A stretch of DNA of 64,000 nucleotides, from positions 1,424,011 to 1,488,010 of the forward strand of contig MU054117.1 of assembly GCA_013239625.1 (NCBI GenBank). Direction: 5' to 3'. This document shows positions 53,229 through 64,000 of the stretch, piece by piece. The stretch comes from Lama guanicoe. Taxonomy: Eukaryota. The position numbers were made by a program, and so were the translations under genes. A model generated the notes under the pieces. The model saw only the letters and a list, made by a program, of their open reading frames with translations, was not told the DNA's origin and made no database searches. The first letter of the stretch is position 1. Each line of letters starts with the position of its first letter.

Positions 53229-54059
53229 CTGCACAGGCACTAAAAACCAGTAATTTCAGATTTTCAACAAGTGTATTTTCCTGTTAGATTGCACCACTGT
53301 ACCTTGATGGACTTTTCTAAAGGAACAGACTTTGTCTAAAATTTACCACCTCCTGGGGTGAGGAAAAACATAATTTCTTAAACACAAAGGAAAAGAAGAG
53401 GTCAGCTCTCTGCTTCTCGCTTAAGTAGACAACAGTGATGTCACAGAGTTAGCCGGCTTAGCCTTATACGCACCCACGGCAGAACTGACCGCTCCTTTAC
53501 CCACCCGGCCCGTTTCTTAGACCCATGTCATCCACGCGCAAAACAGAAAAACACTGACAGCATCAGTTACTCTAGAACACAGAACTGTAGTTCATCTAGG
53601 AAGAATTTGAAACAGTTTTCTCAAATGTGAAGGTAGTGTTTTCCTAATTACAACCAATATCTCTCCTTCCAAATCTATCAAAATCTACTCCAAGTGGTGC
53701 AATCTAAAAGCAATAATGAAATGGAAGACACGGCTCTACAAACGCGGATTCATCCTAGCACGGCTCGGCGTACGGGGTGCGCCCGCCCAGCACACAGCCC
53801 CGTGCTTCATTATTGCTCTTCCCAGGGACAGGCCGTTTTCCCTCTTAAAAAATTAATCAATTTCACTGAAATTAGCATTATCCTCCAGACACTCAGACGT
53901 CTAACAGCCACTGCCATCCGGTTTGTCTTCAGGATCTAAATTTTACCTCAAGAGGTTCATTTCTTGAATTCAAGAACCATTTCAGTTTGCACTTTAATGT
54001 TTTCTAATGTTTCAGTGCTAAAATGAGTTTTTAAAAGCCATAGTCAGAATAATGAAGGG

Positions 54060-54200
54060 TAAGGATCACAAGATTTATCATCCCCATTATAAATAAAACA
54101 GATGAAAAGCAGAGCAAACAAAATGACAAGCAAAACGCCTCACAATTGCCCAGTGGGCACACAGCAGACCCAGGATAGGACCCGAGGCTTCCTGACACAT
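54060..54200 (-). mobile_element. MIR SINE fragment
   Basis: ttatcatccccattataaataaaacagatgaaaagcagag...ttgcccagtgggcacacagc. Confidence 0.5.
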
Positions 54201-57067
54201 CTCCTGGACACACGCTGTACGTCCAGTGATGCTGACAGGTTCCTGAAGGGATCTATAAACTTCCACGGGTCTTTGACTTTTGGGAAACAACACAGAACAC
54301 AGACAATGTTCACGGTCAATGAGAGGCCAGTCTCTGAACGACTGTTTTCTTTTATTTGTTGTTGGTTAGGACACCTTTTAAGCTAGAATAATTTTAGATC
54401 AACATGGACACTCCCCGAAATCTCATGTAGAGGCAAGGCTTCATATGAGACTCGGGGAAGTCCTCGGGGGAAAAAGGTAAGCGTGTTCCTGTCAGGAGTG
54501 GGCCACCTTAAGCATCGTTCCACCTGTTTTATTGTTCAGGAGTCATATGCCACTTGGGCATCAAACCTTAGCTCTTGGGAAATAAATTGAGGAGCAAAAA
54601 AATCTGCATGTAGAATAACTATATAATTCTAATGTTTATACTTTAAAGTAAAAACTTAAAGTAACCACTAAACAGAAATTTCTCTTAAGACTGTAGTAAA
54701 CTATAAGGTGCTGTGCCCACAAGAAACTTTGGGAAGACAGCCCAACAGAACTGACTGTGTAATTTATTCTTCTTTTAAATGAGATCAGTGAAATTCATTG
54801 AGGAGGAAGAAGAAAGAGACAAGTGGCTTCCCCAAACAGCAAGCTGAAGCGAGCGGATCAGATAAAGAACCAGTCGTCCTCCGTCACAGACTCGCAGCAT
54901 CTTTCTTCTCCTTTTTCTTTTCGTCTTTTTAGCGCACAGCCCACTCTCCCTCGCAGGAACACACAACCACCACGGTCATTTCTCCCCTGTTCCAACTGTG
55001 TCAAGACCACTTCCTCCAACCCTGTACTTCACCGATCAAAGACACATGACCGTAAACTTCAGGAAACTCTTTAAAGAATCATTTTCCTCATGATTGTATA
55101 CCAGTTTATGTCAAAGCTACATACAGCTTTATATTAATTTCTGTATGGGAGATCTCTGAAGACAGCAAGCTGAATTATCAACTCAGCACTTCCTTACAGA
55201 AACTTATTTACAAATATGAAGGCTAAATATGTAGGTTTATATTTCCAGGTCATACTGTGCCACAGATGCCTGGATACACTGAGATATCAACATAAAATCA
55301 CAAACATAAAACCCATTTTCCTAAAGAAAATGTTAAAAAAAAAGTAGGTCAATTCAAATAAATAATCTTTCAGGATGCAGTTGAAACAGTCAAACACCTA
55401 ATTATAGTAGTAAACATAGTCATTTGGTTACACACATTTAAAATGGAATACATGAGAAAATAATGTTCCCTTGGAAATGCTCTCCTACACCCCCACATTC
55501 CCTGAGACGATTTTATTCACTCTGCATGCATCTTCAGTATCAATTCACCAAAGACAGAAGATGCACCATTAGTTTATGTATTAGAAAGAAATTTAAAATA
55601 CATACATAGCAGTTAAATTATGCCATTACTTACTCATGCATCCCAGTTTCAGAGGTGTTAACATGTAAATATAAAAGAACTGTGACAAAGAGGAAAGAGG
55701 TTATCTATTACTTTTGCTTAACCTACGGATAGAAAAGTAATCTCCTTGAATTATATTAAATAAGAATATTTAATGTATATGAATTTACTTATATTTTTAC
55801 AGAAAGTGTATGTGCATTGGTAAACACATTACAAATAAAAAAGAGAACTAAATATAAAAATATTTCCAGTTTAACCAACAAGTGTATAAGGGACTGTTAA
55901 ATCGCTGTCTGTCTGAGGAAAGGTCTGGACACACGGGTCACGGGGAGATCAACGCGAAGGGACGGGGGTGATGAGACAGGCAAACGAGGGAGGAACTGTC
56001 TCTGTTGTAACGTGTACTTTTTGGGCTCACAACAACATACAGTCACAGGACAGATACTGTAAGAAAAGCACAAAAAAAGGAAAGAGAAATTACCACCTAA
56101 GGGAGGTCAGTAAAGGTTTTTCCCCCTCAAGAAAGATGACATTTAAAAGGGTTCGGATTCCACAGATGAGTAAGGGCAAAGGAAATCTTTGTCAAGGACG
56201 AACTGCTGAGGAGAAGCAGGTAACGAAAGGGGCTCCTCTCCTAATCCTGGGGTCCATGTCTAAAGGAAACAAAGAGTTAAACCTACTGGTACCAAACCGG
56301 AAGCTGGAAATGCCGTCCTGTAAAGTAGCTCAAGCTTGCCGACACATTTTAAAAGATTTATAAAAAATAAAACAGCTCCATTTTCATTACACAAAATTTC
56401 AGATACTAATAAGCTTTAATAGCAAATACAAAACTCAAAAGGCCACATCCTGAAGCCACGAGGTTTAGGCCTAGCATCCATCTTAGAGCTTTAACTTCTC
56501 CAAGTTCCTCCTCTTACACATGCACACACGTGCAAACAACACCCCAGATTAAATCTCCCTCCTGGCACGACAGGAAAAAGCTTCCTCATTTATAACTACT
56601 TACAAGACTGGCCCAAGACATAAATGAACAACCACACAGACCCCAGTTCTCCTGCCTTCCTCAGGGTAGTTACCGCAGCAGGACAGGGCCCCGGCTCCCG
56701 CTCCAGTTCACGTCTCTCCCTGCGCTAGAGCTCTAGGACCTGAAATCAGCTGTCCAGGGTCCCAGATAACTGACCATCTTCCATCCAAACGACCTCTCAA
56801 GCCACTGCCTTTTAACATTGGTCTCACCAATTAAAAGGCCAAACTGAAGAGTCCGAAGTTCAGCAAGAAGCCCCTCAAAGACCACAAGGGTAAGTCTGGG
56901 AATTCTTCACGATTTAATCTGAAACTTTTAATACTGGAGATTCTTACATAAGCGCCTCTTCAAGAAGTCTTAAAAGAATACTAAGAATTTTATTTAGTTC
57001 AATGACTGTAAAAGTCTGCTTTCATTTTTGCCCTAGAAGGTTGCTGAACACTAAAAATGCATTCTAC

Positions 57068-57191
57068 GGGGGAGGGCATAGCTCAGTGGTAGAGTGTGTG
57101 CCCAGCATGCACAAGGTCCCGAGTTCAATCCCCAGCACCTCCGTTAAAATCATAAATAAATAAACTTAATTCCCGCCACCCCAGCCCCCGC
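57068..57191 (+). mobile_element. tRNA-Ala-derived SINE (Vic-1-like)
   Basis: gggggagggcatagctcagtggtagagtgtgtgcccagcatgcacaaggtcccgagttcaatccccagcacctcc. TSD aaatgca(t/c)tc at 57055-57064 and 57192-57201. Confidence 0.9.
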
Positions 57192-58412
57192 AAATGCACT
57201 CCGCTTCCTGGGCTGGGATGGGACTACAGCTCACTGGTTCAGAGGCCACCACTTAAAGGGCAGCTCCGCGTAAGGACAATCACATACAAGATGGGCTAGA
57301 AACCCAAGACAGTTATAACCCACGGTATCAGGATCTTACCAGAGAAAGCACACACTTCATCCACCAGCAACGGCCCTACGAGGTACTGGTCAGCGTGACA
57401 CGTAACTGGCTGGTCTTTAGTTCTGATCAAGCAAAACCCCCAGCAGGCCCCAGCAAGAGCGGCAGCCGCAACTCCGTCCGACCCAGAACCGCGGCCTGGC
57501 GTAACACTCACTTTCCCAGGAAGTCCCACACAAACCCCCCTGACGGCGTGGGGACAGAAGCCTGGCGTGGAAGGTACAGGCTGCGGGAGCCTGGCTTTCT
57601 GAGAAACAGCGTGGCCAAGAGGGGTGTGGACACAGGGAGACACGGGACCAAAACCCCAATGGAATAGGACTGTGACAGGACAAATCAAAAGGAGGGTGAA
57701 GATACTCAAATGATAAGTGACAGGGAGACAGACGCCCACACATGGGAAACAGCGGGATGGCCACACAAGAAGCAAACGGTTAGTAAGACCAGAGCAGCTC
57801 TCGTGCGCCTCCTCCCAGCCCGGGACGGGAGCTCAGTGATGAGTTACAAACCAGCAGCAGCTGAGTTTCAAAGCTGTTTCTTTTCTTGGTAGCCAAGAAA
57901 CTTTGTGTCAAACCCTAAAACAAAACTACAGCGCTGCACAAAGAATAAAACTCTCCATACTTTTTCAAATTTGTAAGCTACATTCTATGGAAAGAGTAGG
58001 TCATTTACAACTCTTCCCCCAGATGTGAGAAACACAGGGGTGGACAAAGGCTATCTGGTGTGCTCTGGATGTCAGCTATAGAGTTAATCCTATTTCTTAC
58101 TGTCGTTCAAATCACGTCCATCTCCCAAAATCAGTATTGGGTCCACAAATGAACTGAAATGTTTTCCAAGCAAGTGGCCTGGAAAAGCAAGCAATCATTT
58201 CAATGAAGAATTCTAATACCAAACAAACAAACAAAAACAAACAAACCAAAAAGTAAACCTCTATCAAAGACTTTCTTTTCTGAAATATTGAAATATATTT
58301 AGTGAGAAGTCACTAATCCATCAAAAGCACGTTATCTTTGACACGCAGGACTGTTGTTGATTCAGGCTGACCCAAAAGCAGAGAGGTGTGTACTCATGTA
58401 AGTATGTGAGGG

Positions 58413-58536
58413 GCACACGCGTGTGTGTGCGTGCACGCTGTGTGCACGCGTGTGCTGTGTGCGCGTTTTGTACGTGTGTTGTGTGTGGTGCATGTGTGTG
58501 CATGTTTGTGTGTGGTGTATGTGCGTGCGTGTGTGT
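58413..58536. repeat. Degenerate (TG/CG)n microsatellite
   Basis: Read directly. It produces the low-complexity C/V and H/T ORFs at 58321-58631. Confidence 0.85.
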
Positions 58537-59703
58537 CTGCTGAGGATAAAGGTGCGGTGCAGACATGGAGAAGACACACAAAACACACAGAATCTAATCC
58601 TGAGACTGATGCTTTGTTAATTCTGAATTAAAGAATTTATCCTTCATCTCCTCCAGAACGAGACCAGAAAACACGATAGACTTAATATCAAAACCAGAGG
58701 AAACAAGTGAGTGGGAGATCAGCCGTGTCGTGCGCTTCAGTTTAGTGAGAAGAATCCTGAGGACTAGACTTCATTGTTTAAGTTTCTTGAAAATCAAAAT
58801 TCAGGAGGAAAAAAATAACTTCTGGGGGGGAAGTATCAAGTCTACCGGTAACCTGAAAACGTAAAACTTAATAAACCATCTAGGGAAGCAGTCTACTGCC
58901 GCTCAGCATGTAAGAACACAGAAACAAAATATTTCTATGAATGAGGCTCAAAGGGGCACACGGAGGAGTGACCTCCCTGTTACTGTCCATCTCTCTGACT
59001 GTTCACACACCGTGATGAACGCAGTCCTCCTGAAGAACTGCTTCCAGGCCCTTGTGAATTTATGTTAACTACGTGGTGTAAAAGAAGAGGCCAAGAGGCC
59101 TATTTTCATCTTTAGTGCAAAATACCCTATTAAGAAAAAAAAGGACAAAATTCAAAGAGAGCTATCTGGCTGGTTCTATTCAAACTAAGCTCATGCTGAA
59201 GAATTCAAAGTCTAAATTGCCTTCAAAGTGCTCCTCCTTCTTCTAAATTTGACCTATGTGACGTAATAGCTTGCTTCTCCACAATACAAAGTCTAAAAAT
59301 TCATAGCCCAGAGGAGCATCAGCTCAACAAAAAAGGTCTAAACCAGTGGAAAAAGTTAAGTCCTTGAACTTGGGGCTCCTTTGCTCCTTTAACAGATAAA
59401 CGGGGAGCACGCGGCTACCTGCGCTCTGGACTAGCCAGCGGACGCTAGCTTCTTACTCAGTGAATACTTTCTCTCTCCAGTCGATGGTGTCGAAGTCCAC
59501 AGCTTCCCAGTTTACTCCCGTTCTGTGTGGCCTTAGGGACTACAACAGCGAACTCACACTGAGTCAGGACAAAGAGGAGATAATAACGTAACACCAGGCA
59601 CTCAAGAACCTAACTTCAGAGAAGCAGATCTACTAGAAAAACACGTCCCCCGAAGTACACGGTCTTAAAACCCTGCTTCAGCCTTGCAGCTCCCCCTCCT
59701 TAC

Positions 59704-59897
59704 CTCTCCAGCTCAGCAATCTTCTTATCTTTGTCATTCTTCTCATTTTCCACCTCCTTCAAGATTTCCAAGAGGCGGTCAACTTCCGCCTGGGCCTTGC
59801 CAGACTCATCTTGGTACCTGGCAACCTCTCTCTCCAGCTGCTGTATCCGCTCACTCATCTCTGGACTGGCTCTGGCTTCCAATGTTGCCTCGTGTGC
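59704..59897 (-). CDS. ERC1: ERC1 internal coding exon (194 nt, phase 0 to 2): AHEATLEARASPEMSERIQQLEREVARYQDESGKAQAEVDRLLEILKEVENEKNDKDKKIAELE + AG
   Basis: Acceptor cttttctttgcag|GCA and donor GAGAG|gtaagg read from the minus strand. The exon is 64 codons + 2 nt. The peptide is recognisable as the ERC1/ELKS coiled coil (part of ORF 59700..59972). Confidence 0.97.
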
Positions 59898-61977
59898 CTG
59901 CAAAGAAAAGTGTCCAAATTCCGTCAGATATTCGTACAGTGGCGGTGGGAAGACCGTGTCCCAAAAAACCACCTATACTCCAAACGAAATAGGGTGTTAT
60001 CAAACATCAAACAGCTGCCCTCAATTTATAAGGTTTTCTCTGCTTAAATATTACAGAGGCAAAACATTAGCAATAAATGTGAAAACAATTCTTAGATTTC
60101 AAACAAATTCGTTTTAAAAACAACAGACCTCTGAATACTTATTCTGAGGCCAAAAGCCATGCTAAGCCGAGAGCTGCCTCAGAGTCTAGCGAGACGTGCT
60201 AACCAGCCGCCAGGCGATTGCCGGCCCCTCCAGAACGACGTCAAAAGCTGATCTTCCTACAGCCAGTGCCCACGCTGAGAAGTCCCACGGGCCCTCCCCG
60301 CCACATACTGACCGCTGTACCGAGCACGCACGGACCACACGGCCTGAGCACCTAGAGCCACACAGGTCCTGTGGAGGCGGTGGCCCAAGAACAGAGTGAG
60401 ATTACGGAAGTCGCTCTCCCCACACGTGGACCTTGTAATGCGAGGGCTCAGGATTTTACAAGGTAACAAGACAAATAAATTAACAACCACGTTAAGAACC
60501 TAGAAAAGCCGTTTTTTTTAAATTCAGAATCCTGTTGTAAACGGTAACTATACCTCCATGCGCTCTGAAATACAAAGAAGTTTCAGTAATTAAAAACTTT
60601 CAAGTCTTCAGTTTTCCTCCTGAACCTCTAAAGCCATGCGTGTATGATGCACTTAACGAGAGTAAAGGGTAAGATGTCTTATTTTTCCTTATTCAATAGA
60701 GAACAAAACATACTTAGTCCCTTAAAATAATTTTAAAAAATGTTATCGGGGGAAACATCCATTCTTGTTAAATCTTCAGAAAACGCTGATGCAAAACATC
60801 CTGAGTGAGAGAGAAACATTTCTAAAACTTGGGCTAAATGTCTTGCCCAAGCGACAGCTGTGCTTTGAGGAGTAAGTCCTTTACTGATACCTTCTGTTAC
60901 AGGTTTAGTCAGTTGTGAAAAGACACAGTTACTAACAATAGCCTTTAAAGGAGACTGTGTTGGCAGATGTGTATTTTAATGTTTCAGCAAAATTTTACCC
61001 TAAAACTTGTGTGATTAAAAGCTACAACAAAATAAGAGCAAGGGAAAGAGAGGCAGGCCTGAACGAGCAGCCTCACCAAGAGGGAAACGGAGCGCAAGCA
61101 GCACCAACGCCCCCCCCCAGCCGGGGGTTCTGTCTCACGGGGACTTTCCACTCCGTGTTCGCCTCAGAAAGCAGCACAGACACACCCTCCCCAAGTTCGG
61201 GGGGGAATTCTGGTCTCACGGGGACTTTCTACTTCGTGTTCACCTCGGTGCACTTTACAAAGAAGTCATTTTTTAAAAAAAATCTAGAGTTCCTTCTTGA
61301 GGAGAGGAGAGATGAGAGGGTCAGTGCATTCACCCTTCCACGCGGTCGTAAAACGCTCGTGCAAAACACAGGGAAACGCCAGGCAGGCCCCCGCGGCCCC
61401 TGCCGGCTCACTCACTGGCTCGGATGGCTGGCCTGGCACCTAGCACTGTCTCAGGGTGCTGAGGGGAGGCCGTCAGCAGAAGAGAAGAAAGAAACGTGAA
61501 AGGAAACGGTACAGGAATGGAACAAGCAAGGACAGAAAGTCAGCGGTTAAAAACCTGAACAAAGACATTCAGAGTCTACTGGATACTTCTCTCCAGAGGA
61601 GGGGGAATAATTTAGCATTTTAAAAAATGTTGATAGTTCAAAAGTCACATTTCAAGGCTTTCTTTAACAATTCCGAGGTTATTACCTTAAAATTAAGACA
61701 CAAAATATCAAACTTCAGGCACAGGGTATAAACTCTTGAGCTATAAACAGGTCAAAATGACTTCAAGTTATCATCATCTCAAGACTAGTCATTCCCTGCT
61801 GCAAACAAAACAGGGAAGAGGTTTTCTTTGAAAATTCCCATGATAAGCACAGTTTTCTGAATTAATATACATTAGAGCACAAACCTCACACCAGATATGG
61901 TTTTCAGCCAGAAGAAAGTACGCCAACATCACTTCATGTAAACCTACAGACAGGCTACACAGTGACACAGACTCTAA

Positions 61978-62081
61978 CACAGAGGACCGAGGCGCAAAGC
62001 CTCAATCCACTAATACAGAGGACCGAGGTGCAGAGCCTCGATCCACTAGCACAGAGGACCGAGGCGCAGAGCCTCGATCCA
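61978..62081. repeat. Minisatellite, 36-bp unit, about 2.9 copies
   Basis: cagaggaccgaggYgcaRagcctcRatccacta... starts at 61980, 62016 and 62052. Confidence 0.92.
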
Positions 62082-62139
62082 ATAAGCTACTGAGAAAAAT
62101 TAAAACCAGCAAATAAGAAACCACCTGACAATACTTTCT

Positions 62140-62490
62140 CTGCCTTTTTTCGACTTTTTTGCTTTTTACCAAGATATAACTGACATACACATTATATTAC
62201 TTCTAGAGGTATAACATAATGACTCAATTTATGTACATATTGGGAAATGATCACTACAGTAAGTCCATTTAACACCCATCACTACACAGTTGTATACATA
62301 TATACAAATATAACAGGAAATTCGTACCCCTTGACCACCTTCACCCATTACACACACACACATCACCCCCTTTTCTGGCAACCACCAATCTGGTCTTCGT
62401 ATCTATCCGTTCAGTTTTTGCTGTTGTTGTTGTTTACATTCCACATACAAGTGAGATCACACAGTATTTGTCTTTCGCTTATTTCACTGT
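62140..62490 (-). mobile_element. L1MA-type 3' end, antisense
   Basis: aagatataactgacatacac...ctggcaaccaccaatctg...ttccacatacaagtgagatcacacagtatttgtcttt. Confidence 0.85.
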
Positions 62491-62969
62491 CCTGCTTTTA
62501 AAATGCAATGATGTGAGGGACGCACACCTATCAGAGAACAGGGGTCACAGGACAAGTTTCCCCTCCAAAATCAAGAGACCAGGCAAATCCACAGAGTGGC
62601 AGTTGAGATCTGCTCACTCGAAGCGGAAGCTGTCCGCAGAAGCACTTACACGGCCTCTCTGAGGAACTGCTGCAGGCCGAGTGTGGACAGACCAGGGAAG
62701 AGTGAGAAAGTCCCAGGGGCTGCAGTTTTGGGGAGCTCCCCAGGGGAAGTTCACGGGCTTTACCTCCAGGAACCACCCAGGGTCTCAGTGAAGAGTGGAC
62801 AAAGACCCCACTGGTTCTGGCGCGTGGGGGGAGAGTAACCAAGGTGAAGTGTGCCCCAGGCGCCCCCATCCAAAGACAGACTCCCCAGGAGTGACGATTT
62901 TTACAGAGCTTTGTCCCACCTGGGGGAAAGGCATTTCTCCCACTCGAGCCCCTGCCAGCTAAAAACCAG

Positions 62970-63968
62970 ACTCAGACATTGACACAGAGGTTGGAATTAT
63001 CAGACAGGGAATTTAAAATAACTAGGATTAAGAGATAAAGGATGGAACGGGAAAAGGAAACAAGATCCAGGAACAGACGGGCAATATACGCAGAGAAACG
63101 GACACTCTCAGAATCAAAAGGAAACGCTACATACAAAAAGCACAAAGACCTCGCTTATAATGTGGAATCTGAATTCATGAAAGCAGAGGGTAGAAGGGTG
63201 GCTGCTGTGGGCCCAGGGAGGGGCAAACAGGGAGATGCTGGCCAAAGTGCACAACTTTCATTTGTGAGGTAGGTCAGTCTTGGGGCTCTAACGTACAAGA
63301 TGCTGACTGTGGTTAACAAGGCTGCACTGCATACCAGAAACCTGCTAAGAGAACAGGTCTTAAACAGTGTTCTCAACAACCTATGTGTCCGTCAATGGAT
63401 GAACGGACGAAGAAAACACGGCATGTATGTATGTATGCACATGTACACACACAGGAACATTATTCGGCCATAAATAAGGGGAAATCTTGCCATTTGCGAC
63501 AACATGGATGGGACTTGAGGGCATCATGCTAAGTGAAGTAAGTCAGACAGAGAAAGACAGATACAGATGACTGCGCTCATATGTGGAGTCCAAAAACAAC
63601 ACGACCAAAGACCGAGCTCACAGACACAGGGAGGGGACTGCTGGCTGCCAGAAGCAGGGAGTCAGACGCGGGAAAAATGGGTGAAGGTGACGAAAAGGAA
63701 CAAATTTCCAGTTACAAAACAGTTAAGTTCTAGGGATATAACACACAGCGTGGTGACTACAAATAGGTGTTGCATATCTGAGAGTTGCTCAGAGAATAAA
63801 TCTTAAAAGTTCTCATTACAAGAAAAAAATTTTGTAACTATGTATATTGATGCATGTTCACTAGACTCTTGTGATCATTTTATAACATATAGAAATACTG
63901 AAGCATTATGTTGTACACCAGAAACTAACACAACACTATATGTCATTTTTACTCCAATTTAAAAAAGT
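62970..63968 (+). mobile_element. L1 fragments ending in an L1MA9-like 3' end
   Basis: atcttgccatttgcgacaacatggatgggacttgagggcatcatgctaagtgaagtaagtcagacagagaaagaca...ttatgttgtacaccagaaactaac...tactccaatttaaaaaa. A second 3' piece lies at about 63150-63375. Confidence 0.85.
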
Positions 63969-64000
63969 GTTTCCACCACGAAAACTAAAAGGTGACGAAT

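Noticed and set aside
9601..59897. Assignment to ERC2/CAST1 or a processed pseudogene
   Set aside because: The peptides (AHEA.LEARASPEMS, QVKDQNKK, VEELLMAMEKVKQELESMK) match ERC1 as I recall it. The exons are intact, in phase and separated by GT-AG introns.
61978..62081. CRISPR-like 36-bp palindromic repeats
   Set aside because: There are no spacers and no cas genes, and the context is a mammalian intron. It is a minisatellite.

Overview
Mammalian intronic DNA from the middle of ERC1 (ELKS/RAB6IP2/CAST2), transcribed on the minus strand. The species is most likely a camelid, judged from five tRNA-Ala-derived Vic-1-like SINEs. Five coding exons join in frame with GT-AG boundaries: 59897-59704 (194 nt), a 12-nt microexon at 53088-53077 that the ORF track cannot show, 48754-48619 (136 nt), 35025-34894 (132 nt, symmetric, weak donor) and 9761-9601 (161 nt). 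They encode part of the ERC1 coiled coil (AHEATLE...IAELE-[SLTS]-RQVKDQ...SQQLQ-DSLRKK...SAERQ-VEELLM...VLEMK). Neither gene end is in the window. The rest is intron filled with decayed L1, L2, MIR, MLT1/MLT2 LTRs, young SINEs, microsatellites and one minisatellite. I found no operon, CRISPR array or new gene system. The most informative signals are the microexon with SRRM4-type upstream architecture, the skippable 44-codon exon, patchy GC/CpG gain suggestive of GC-biased gene conversion, a nested transposon stack and a few candidate intronic splicing elements. Repeat families and orthologue comparisons come from recalled consensus sequences, not searches, and repeat boundaries are approximate.
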